DNA of 64,000 nucleotides from Azolla caroliniana (Eukaryota; Plantae; Polypodiophyta), in contig JBHGNT010000010.1 of the NCBI GenBank assembly GCA_043228905.1, positions 15,934,001 through 15,998,000 of the forward strand. Reading direction: 5' to 3'. The notes under the pieces are model-generated. The model was not told the origin of the DNA. It ran no database searches and saw nothing but the letters and a program-made list of their open reading frames with translations. A program made the position numbers and the translations under genes. Positions 25,129 through 34,787 of the stretch are shown here, one piece after another (the first letter of the stretch is position 1; each line of letters starts with the position of its first letter).

Positions 25129-25523
25129 TGTTGAGAATCAAGCTCAACTTGTTCTAGTGTGTGAACTCACCTTGAGAGTGAATAGACACTCCAACGGTCA
25201 GGAGTCACCATTAAGTCACCACTTTGTATTCTAGCATTTAGTATGAATCATAGAATCATATTCTATGACACATAACTTATGAGCTTTCACATTCCCCATG
25301 CTCCATGAGTCGTGTAGTTAATGAAGAGAGAGGGTGACTATATAAAGCACCCTCCTCCCTCTTTGTATGATGTTGAGTCTTTCTCCTTTGTGAATATACT
25401 TACCCTTGCGTATACTCTGTGTTTTTACTCCTTGTATCTCTCACTCACTCTCTCTCTCTTATACACACACACACATAGTTCACACCTATTCCGCTACACA
25501 AGAATCACCATTGATTCTTTACA
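25129..25523 (+). repeat. Element B 3' LTR (395 bp; same family as the F LTRs)
   Basis: TGTTGAG...TTTACA; reverse-complement match to 9874-10273. Confidence 0.9.
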
Positions 25524-25865
25524 TTATGCAATGGCTTGTATCCCTTGGATACATAAAAGAGGGCTGCTCTAAATGCCTTGGCGGTCCATACTTCTTCCTT
25601 GGCTGAAATGGAGCTTTGGCATGCTCAATTTGGTCACTTGAACTTCAACAATTTGCTCCACTTGCAAAAGAAGGATATGGTTATTGGGTTGCCTACACTT
25701 GAGTCCATTGAAAAACATGCATGTGAAGGTTGCATTCTTGGAAAAATGCATCGTGATGTGTGCGGTCCTATGAAGACTCCAACTTGTTCATTGATGATGC
25801 TACTCGCCATACATGGGTGTATCCTATGAAAGCAAAGAATGAGGTATTTTCTTGCTTCAAATCAT
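25524..25865 (+). pseudogene. Fragment Q: old Copia GAG-pre-integrase/IN remnant (apparent target of B)
   Basis: ELWHAQFGHLN..CEGCILGKMHR..DVCGPM with internal deletions. Confidence 0.75.
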
Positions 25866-25939
25866 GATCGCCTACATTAAAAAGCTCATACCTTCCACGT
25901 ATGATATCAGATTCTAAAGTTTAAAGAGGTGAATCAAAG

Positions 25940-26946
25940 CTAATGAGTCAAAAAACGAGGGCGTATTCTCCCTTGTACAGACCGTCATCTTGAATGCTTC
26001 GAACTTTGACGCCCGTCCTCCGAGACAAACTTGCACCATCTCATCTTCCTTGATGGTTACGTTGATAGAGGCAAGTGAGTCGCAGATGTTTTTGATCCAG
26101 GCCGTATAGTCAGCAACCGACATGTCCTTCTATCGGACATTGCTCAACTCCTGTTAGAGTTGCAGCTTCCGGGCCCTGGTGCTTGCAGCGAAGACCTTCT
26201 TCAGGTTTCCCCAAGTTTCCTTCGACATCTTGGCGTCCTGGATATGGCTCAATAGCTGATCGCCGACACTGGACACAAAGCAGTACATAACTATGTTTGC
26301 CGCTTGTTCCCATATCGGGAAGTCCGTGTGTGCCGCATTAGGCGCCGAATCATTATCTCCGTCGACATAACTCCAGTAGCCATGCTCGAGCAGGTATTGG
26401 TGCATCTTGTATGACCAAGATGCGTAGTTGGATCTGTCGAGCTTCTCCGTCGAGAGCAAGCTAGCCATTCCTCTGTCCATTCTAACCTTTGTTTTCTGTT
26501 CTCTACTGGGTGTTAGGGTTTGTCTTCGGAAATCGCTCGTCAGCTGCAAAGGTTCTCAACCCTCGCCCTCTGATACCATGTAAAAGTAAATATGTAGAAG
26601 CTAAGACAAAACCGGCTTAGCCGGATAACAATAGAATACAAATGCAGGCTTAATGGAACCTTGGATACATGGGAGAGACAAAGTTAGAGCAAAACACAAC
26701 TCAATTAAAAAATAATACTAATGCTCTTTGTCTTTACAAATGTTCTACAGAACACTTTTTATACAAGTCCTTAAAAGGACTGACAAGTACTTCAATGCTC
26801 ATATGAGTGACTGACACCGACTCCCAAAAATACGCCTACGTACTAGGCTAGATTCGTAGGCCTCTAACGGCCTACCGGGTTACAATCCAATCCGGCTCCT
26901 AGTTCCAGATACTGATCTGGATCCGGTTGAGCTTGTCCGCTCAACA
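25940..26946 (-). mobile_element. Element H: truncated Copia (5' LTR 26579-26946, iMet PBS, gag 5' part)
   Basis: LTR TGTTGAG...TTTACA, PBS TGGTATCAGAG at 26568-26578, gag EKLDRSNYASWSYKM related to F and I. Confidence 0.85.
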
Positions 26947-28083
26947 ACTTCTGTACTCTTACCCTCACACATACACACACATATCTCATAGTATTTCGTT
27001 GCTTAATCACATACATGATTAACTATTCACATAATTAGATGCTAATTAACCTTAGTTTATTGCCTAATTATTAACATCATACACAATCACCCAATCATCT
27101 TCTTTGATCTTCTTGCGACGTAGTCGATGTGTCTTGTCGAATCTGGCCTTGTTCTTGAGCCTAGCCACTTCTAGCTTCTCTGTTGAGAGACAAGCTCAAC
27201 ATTGGGTGCGTAAACGGGCACGTAACCCAGTACGTAGACTAGGTACGTAAAACCGTACGCAAAATATGGTTGTGGCGGTGTTTAAACCAAGAGGCCGTTA
27301 GAACGTTATTCCTTGTAAGGAATAGTTTTGGGAGTTAGTGTAGAAGGCTCATTTATGAGTGGTCAAGTACTGGTAGTACTTGTGTCAGGCCGATAGTCAA
27401 GGCTTGTATATAAGGTGCTTACTGAGCACGAAATATGTAATACAAAGAACATAGAGAATTATTTGGAATATAGTTTTGTGTTTCTGCTCTATATCTCTCT
27501 CTATCTCTCCCTCTCTTTCTCTGTGATTTGTGCTTTACCGAACTGTCGTACTTCCGAACCGTGTACTCTCTATGTCCTTACGCATATGCTTCTGCACACA
27601 TATTCTTTTACATGGTATCAGGGCATGAGGGTTTAGACTCCTCTACAGCCGACAAATAAGCTTGCGGTAAGACAAAGTTAAGCTGTTGTTTTCGGAAAGT
27701 ATAAAACAACAAAATGGATAGAGGAATGGGAAGCTCACTATTGACTAAGAAGCTCAATAGGAGCAACTACGCATCTTGGTTGTACAAGATGCACCAATAC
27801 TTGTATGGTCATGGCTACTGGAGTTATGTTGATGGAGCTAATGATGCAGCACTCGAATCGACACACAGAGACTTTTCGGTTTGGGAACAAGTGGCAAGCA
27901 GAGTTCTTTACTGCTTCGCGTCTTGTGTGAGCAACTAGCTCTTGAGCTACATTCAGGATCCTAAGACGCCAAAGGAAGCGTGGGCGAATCTTAAGAGGAT
28001 TTTCGCCGATAGAAATATTTGTTTGTGGCCGATTACACAGCTCAAATCAAGGAGATCTGCGACTCTCTCGTCTCCGTCAACAT

Positions 28084-28649
28084 TGTCGTGAAGATCCGTC
28101 ACTAGGCGCAGATCGCGAGGCGGAACCGCCAGGGTTCTGGACCAGAAGGACTCGAAGTTTGCACAAGCTTTAGCGGGAAAGGAATTAAGATAGATTGAAA
28201 GAGAGAGAGATTGAGATAAGATAGAACGCTTGATTTTAGATTGAGAGAGAGATTAAGAACTCTTGACTTTAGATTTCAAGAACAAGGTATATCATCAAAA
28301 GGATAATGAATTTTCTTCTTAATATTAATTTTGATTTAAAGTACAAAGCTTTCTTTTATCCAAGAAAATCCCCCATTGATCTTTTCCATTCCCTCTTTTA
28401 TAGATGCCCTCATGCATTTGAGGGTTTAAGACATGCATAAAATGCATGTTTGTCATTTGGTGCTCATGTATTATATGTGGTGCATGATAACCATGTCACT
28501 CATTTTAGCTCTCATGTATGAGAATTTATATCTAAAAGTACAATGATAGAAATATAATTTCAACTAAATATCTTGGCTTAGTGGTAAGCCAATTGACTCC
28601 TAACTTGGAGGTGTAAGGTTCGAATCCTTACTTGTTGCACGTCTCGACA
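28084..28649 (-). repeat. LTR O: solitary Gypsy LTR (U5 end related to D)
   Basis: TGTCG...CGACA; the first ~70 nt match the D LTR end at 12857; no TSD because the adjacent Copia sequence is deleted. Confidence 0.8.
28572..28640 (+). promoter_or_regulatory. tRNA-like Pol III A/B-box module in O U3 (antisense to the element)
   Basis: Consensus A box TGGCTTAGTGG (28574-28584) and B box GGTTCGAATCC (28617-28627) 32 nt apart; T-arm GTAAGG/CCTTAC. Confidence 0.8.
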
Positions 28650-30106
28650 ATAACCAAGAACCTGGTGTCTGTCGAACAGATCGTCAACCAGGGGTTGCAA
28701 ATTTGATTCATGCACCTCGGGTGCTACATCGAAGATGAAGGTCAAGTTATCACGCAAGGGCGCCGTGAAGGGAGGATCTTCATCCTCGACACCAATCAAG
28801 TCGGAACCGCGCTATTCACGAAGGACAAAAGGTCGAGTCGGACATCGATCTGTGGCACAAGCAGTTTGACCACGTTAACTTCCCACAGTTTCGTGAAATG
28901 CAGATGAAGAACATTGTTTTCGGATTGCCGAAATTTTGGGGTTGTAATGGCCAAGTTTGTGAAGCCTGTCAACTCGGTGTCGTGGAGAAAACCGTCCCTA
29001 GGCGGAATCGGAGAATGATGTGTGCGAACCGGGCCTTACACTCGGGCACAAGTTTTGTAGTAATGTACATATTTAGGTACAAGTCGGCTGATGTGAATAT
29101 CCTAGGTCGCATGGATTTGATAGGTAGGAAATCGAGGCATATCTCTGACCGAAAGGACCGAGAATAAAGATGATGTAACAAGTTGTAACGGCCTCCCTCC
29201 TTGGGCTATAAAAGAGAGGGAGAGGAATCGTGAAAGGGATCACTGGGAGTCGAGGACGAAGTGTTGCCGGACTGGGACCGAGCTCTTCCCCTTCGTCTTT
29301 CTTTGTATTTGCTCTGTGTAGGTTTTTGGGAGGCTAACTCTGCTCCGCGGAACGCCTGAGTGCTTCCGGCAGAGTCTCCATCTAGCTCTTCTGTGTGCGT
29401 GTGCGTAACCCCTTTTTCATCAGAATATATATATATACATATACGCATTCATCTCGTTTCCGTTGTTTCATTCGGTTGCGGTTTCTGTATACCTGTGTGT
29501 GTGTGTGGAAGCACAATCGTTGTCTTTCTTGCTCCTACTCCTGATCGGTTACTTCTCAGTCCAAGTCCCCCGTGGTCCCGTCTCGTTCTATACGCACGCG
29601 CATAACAACGCGACAGATTTGGTGAACCTGACGTGAAACGGGTGGCAAAGGAATAGAAAAGATGAGGGGAACGGAGCTTGCAGAAGCCATGGCTTCAGCT
29701 GTAGATCGATTAGTGAGTGTGCGTGAAGGCACAGGCTCCCTCGATAGGGCTATTGAAGCAATCGTTGGCACGATAGGCCGGTTCGGTGGAAAGGACGCCA
29801 CGAGCTAATTGGAGGCCTACCAAGCTGAAATGGTGATGAGGGACATTCCGAAAGATAGGCGACTAGCCGGATTCCCTCGGATGGCGATACCGGGCATCCA
29901 CGCGGAGGTGCTCGAGGTACGGGCTGAGAGCCAGACCTGGGAAGAGTTTGAAGGTCATCTTCTTGAGAAATACAGGCTTGATGACGGGCTTCGGCTATCG
30001 AAGTGGGGCTTCATGGAATGGGTGGAGACCCCCGAAAAGGGGAGAAATGCGTCGGTGCTCCTCCGTGAGTTTGAAGAACACTTCGCGCATCTTTCGGCGT
30101 TGGACA

Positions 30107-31293
30107 ACTGATATTATGCTTCCGTAACTAGTCTTGATCACCTTGATTACAATCAAGGTGCACCCAAGTATTTACACAAGAATGTGGAGGTGTACATGTA
30201 AGCTAGGAAACTTCTAGAGAGTGCATGAAGATGCATTCTCTAGAAGTTTCTTGAAAGTTCTTGTGATTAACCTACAAAGTAATAAGTTGAATGTTATACA
30301 ATACAATAATGTATAGATGGACGTAGTTTAATTGGTAAGGTTGCCCAATAGGACTAGGAGGTCATGGGTTCAACCCCCTATATTCCATCCTGGCATCTTG
30401 TCTATGACATTATCCTCCCTCTAAGGTCACCTCCTAGGACCCACGACCAACTTATGTGGGTATCGTTGATGAAACTCTCGAATGGCCTTTGGAGCATTTT
30501 GTAAATGTGTAACCAGTTCTCATGTGGTGTCTGAAATGGGGTATCCTTTCCATAAGACCAAATATTGGAGTTGAACTTGCAGGAATGGAAATGCTGAAAT
30601 GAGGATGAAATCCATAGTTTGCAAAGAATGGGAAAATCTTAGTTGAAGCATGGATACTATTATTGTAGGTAAATTCGGCCATTGCAAGGAAGTCCACCCA
30701 ATCCTCTTGTTGGTAGCTCACGGTACACGGGAGGTATTATTCGAGGATTTGGTTGACTCGTTCGGTTTGTCCATCACTTTGAGGATGGTATGCTGATGAC
30801 AAGTTCACAGAAGTCCTGAATGTCTGTAGAAGCCGTTGCAAGAAGTGGGAGATGAATTGAGAACCTCGATCAGAGGTGATATCCTCGGGTAAGCTGTGTA
30901 ATCGGATGCCATTTTTAAGAAAAAGGTCAGCTGTCTGCTCCCTTGAAATAGTTTTGGAACATGGGACAAAGTGAGCCATCTTCGAAAATCGATTAACAAA
31001 CAATAGCACCGTGTCATGTCCATCGACTAGAGGGAGGTCGGTTATAAAGTCCATGGATATGGAGGCCCATGGTCGACTGGGAATTGGGAGCGGGTGAAGA
31101 AGGCCGTATGGTCGATGGTGAGCTACTTTGGAGCAAGCACATACGTCACATGTCTTGATAAATTCCTTAAGAAATTTCCAAGGTTGGGGCCACCAAAACC
31201 CTTGAGATAGAAACTTCAGTGTTTTCGTGACCCCAAAGTGGCAAACAAGAGGATCATCATGACAGTTTTGAAGTACCTGTGTGTGACACGATC
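30107..31293 (-). mobile_element. Fragment P: second Tcn1-like chromovirus piece (IN core, chromodomain C-terminus, PPT, partial 3' LTR 30409-30107)
   Basis: CHDDPLVCHFG..CDVC, MDFITDLP, SDRG, QTERVNQ; LQYLVLWKGYPISDTT*E..FHQRYPHK; PPT AGAGGGAGGATAA then TGTCATAG. Confidence 0.85.
30316..30389 (+). promoter_or_regulatory. tRNA-like Pol III A/B-box module in P U3 (antisense to the element)
   Basis: A box TAGTTTAATTGG (30324-30335), GGAGGTC variable-loop-like segment, B box GGTTCAACCC (30367-30376); closing stem GATGGA/TCCATC. Confidence 0.7.
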
Positions 31294-34288
31294 CGGACCG
31301 TACTGGACAAAGTCGTGTCCTATTATTTGTTAAATCAGTAGACGTGAGGGACCAGGAGCAAGTGGGCCTCCTGCTGGAGACCATGGTGAAGAGAGTCTGC
31401 GGCCGTTTCGACAAACGGCGTGAGTGGGTCGATAAAGGCTCGTCAGGGGCGGGCTTTGTTGCGGCAAGGAAGCTCGAGGTACCCCCACCGGCGCGAAGGG
31501 AGGAGAACCGAGACTGCCTCAAGGCCGGCTCGACTTCGACCAACGTGGTCAAAGGCCCGTCCGGAGGAGCGGTTCTAGAGGAGTTGACTCAGATGGTGAG
31601 GGACCTCCATATTGCACAGGCACGGAGGGACGACGGCGAACTAGCCCGTGACCGAAGGCCTCCGGCTGGGCATCGGTGCTTGTGGTGCGACATGGTCGGC
31701 CACACCCGAAAGGACTGCGGGGATTTCGCCGAAGCGATAATGGCCAACGTGGTGTACCTGTTGAACGGGTGGGTACACGCTAGCGAAACCCCGAGGGCCC
31801 TGGATCTGAACGTCGGACGAGGGGGGATGAAACGGCTGATGGAGGAAGCGGCGACCATCCACTACTCGACGTCGGCGGGAATCCGGGTCGGGAGTGATGA
31901 AGTCCGGAAAACGAAGGACTCCGGGTTTTGGACGTTGATGCTGGACAGCCTAGGCGGCGTATGGCTAAGGAAAGAGGAAGCGGACCATGCGGAAAGACAG
32001 GTCCGGGAGGTAACCGGGTGGAGTGACCCGGTCGAAGAGAAGATGGGCTTCGTGGAAGCCGCGTGCTAGAACTATGAGGTTCTGGTGGAAGACAAGCGCA
32101 CGGGAAAGACTGGGGGGGCCGGACCCTCACAACAGTATGAGACCCAGTTCGGGCTGAAGCAGAATGATGTCGGTTCATCCAGCACAGTGGACAAGGCCAA
32201 GAAGGCCGGTTACCGGTTGAGCACAGAGATTGAAAGGACCACGGACGTACGAAAGGTCTTGGAGGAACGGATCCTCGACATCAAAGTGGAGCTATCGCTG
32301 AGGGAAGTGCTCGGTATCGCCAAGAAGGAGTTCCACAACTCCATCGTAGACTTGGTGAAGCGGAAAAGGCTTTCGACGGAGCCGGAGCCGGAGAAGCAGG
32401 TGTAGGTGCAAACGACGCACCTAGAAGACATGGCCTTGGAGGAGGAGTTGGCGGAAAGCCACTACTTGAGGCTACATTGGGCTAGGGCCACTACAGAAAC
32501 CCTTGTTCGGATCGGGGACGTCCAAGCACAGGTGTAAGATACGGGCAGCAACGCGCGCCACGGAGGAACTACACGGAGCCTGCCCGAATGTACGAGTGAA
32601 AATCGGCGATGTCGAGATCGATCAACAGTTCTTCGTGCAGGAGACGTCCTCGCATCCGGTGATACTCGGAGAACCGTACATCACGGCGGCGCGCATGGAG
32701 ATGAAGGTGATGGACAACGGTTCGGCGTATGCCCGAGTCAAAAGTTAGGAAGGGCGTCACTCCGTTCAGTTTCTGACGGTACGACCGAACCACGAGCGTA
32801 ACCGCGAGACCCTCGGCAGCGAAAGCCGAGGGGATTTTTAGAGAGGGCTATCAAGGCATGGGGACACGATAGTCCGGACACTCCGGAAAAACCCCACACA
32901 TGTACAATAGGCAGAAGAACCTGTAACATAGGTAGGAAGTTTTGGTTCTCCGACAACGGAGGTTGTACGATAGCTGACGTCGTTGGCCGGGAGAAGAAGC
33001 GGGTAGAAGAGTGACTCAGGGCATGCGGAATCCTAGCCCCCGAAGAGGAAATCAACGGAGCCATGGAGGCAGTTTCTCTTGACGACACCTTGGGGAAGTT
33101 ACGGAAGATGTTCGGAGAGGGCCTTAGTGAAGACCGAATGATTCTGGTATGTTCGGAAAATATGTACGAAGTCATCGCCGACTTTGGTAGAGGACTCGAG
33201 TGGATACGAAGCACAAGATTGTGTACCGGAAGGTGAGGCCAATCGCGGCACCCTTGCTGGAGGGCAATGAGTTACGGATAAAGGGGGTCGCGTCAGACCC
33301 AAGTTTACGAGATCCGGTTGGCATAGGACATCGATTCACCAACATAACGCTACGAGAGCTCAAGGTCGGTGGGGGTGGCTTCTACTGCCGGCAGAGAAGG
33401 ACTGGTTTCAGAGAATGCTCGGGAGGCACGGAAAGGCCTTCACATTCTCGCCGGAGGAGATCGGGTTCGTAGACCCGACAATTGTGGAACCAATGGTGAT
33501 CTTCACGGGACTGCATGTACCATGGAATCTCAAACCGATTCCAGTACCCAGAGCTCACATCCCGAACCTGATGGAGCTTCTGAAACAAAAGGTGGATATG
33601 GGCATCCTCAAACCATCGAGTTCCTCGTATTCTAATCAGTGGTTTATTGTGCCCAAGAAGAACGGCATGTTGCGCTTCATTCAGGACCTGGAACCGGTCA
33701 ACAAGGTGACCATTCAAAACGCAGGAATCGGACCGACCATAGACGAGTTCGCGGAGGCCTTCGCTGGAAGGTCAATTTACTCGGTCGGTGATCTATACTC
33801 AGGATACAATCAGTTCCAGCTAGTCGTGGACAACAGGGACATTACGACGATGTGGACTCCTCTCGGCCTAGTATGGATGTGTACGCTTCCGCAAGGAGGG
33901 ACGAACTCGGTAGCCCACATGGTGAACGCAATGAACAAACTGCTAAGGAATTTTATCTCGGACATCACCATGCCATTCTTAGACGACACCCCGATCAAAG
34001 GATGCCCGGTGGAGGATAAGGACGAGACAATCGGACTAGACAGATGCCGGAAATTCATGGCGGACCATGTCGACGACTGCGAAAAGGTGCTACAAAGACT
34101 AGAGGGCACGAGGCTCACCTTCTCCGGGGAAAAATCGGCCTTCGGGCAATTAGAGATCATGGTCGTCGGACACCTATGTGGGCCATTCGTTCGGAAACCA
34201 TCGTCGGCCAAGGTAGAGGCCATCTCCGCGATGAAGCACGACTGCAATTCGGTCATGGAAGTCTGGAGATTCTTGGGAGCATGCACGT

Positions 34289-34787
34289 TGTCGTGAAGAT
34301 TTCCAGCTATAGTGTGAAACCGGGGTGGAATGGGCAAATTGGTGGTGTGCAACATGTGCACGTGTAAACTAGGAAATGGTGTGTAGAAAGAAGAGGGGAA
34401 TTTTATCCCACATTGTAAGGTCCCTCCCTCCTTAGGCTATAAAAGGAAGGGAGGGGTTCACTTATGAGGGGTTGCCTATTTTGAGGGAGAGAGGCATACC
34501 ACTTAGGTTGAGGGTTTCAGTTAGGGTTTTCTTCTTGGGTTTTCCTTTAGGGTTTTTCTCATAGTCGTTTGGTGCAGCCATGGCGGCCACCATTGTAAAG
34601 CGTTTATGATTACTTAAGCTAACTTGTTGAGCATCTTGCCCCGTCTATTCTATGTTATTTTCTTATTCTTTCTCACCTCCTCTTGAGCTAAGCTTCCATT
34701 TTGTGTCTTATTCTTTCTCCTCGACTCCCTAGTCCAAGACCCTCGTGGTCCCGCCCCTTCCACACGCACGCACGTAATAATGCAACA
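34289..34787 (+). repeat. Solo LTR G (499 bp), C/E-related Gypsy family
   Basis: TGTCG...CAACA, 4-bp TSD ACGT, the empty site restores GACTFYHI; U5 motif shared with E. Confidence 0.88.

Larger units (their letters stand above)
5017..25523 (+). mobile_element. Element B: Ty1/Copia, 3' half (RT 5017-5756, RT/RH 23862-24880, 3' LTR 25129-25523), interrupted by C
   Basis: [44 protein letters not shown]. The frame rejoins across C (MQTP|LDTHLD). PPT GAGGGGGCG precedes the LTR. Confidence 0.9.

Noticed and set aside
26947-27085. AT-rich LTR-like remnant ending in CA (also unassigned 25866-25940)
   Set aside because: No partner LTR, TSD or coding sequence is available to support a call.
28572-28640. 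Functional tRNA genes (also 4586-4646 and 30316-30389)
   Set aside because: No canonical anticodon arm or full acceptor stem; reported only as tRNA-like promoter modules.
30737-31552. 271-aa ORF as a novel fusion protein (likewise 5021-5917 and 34701-35798)
   Set aside because: Chance read-through across insertion junctions between different elements.
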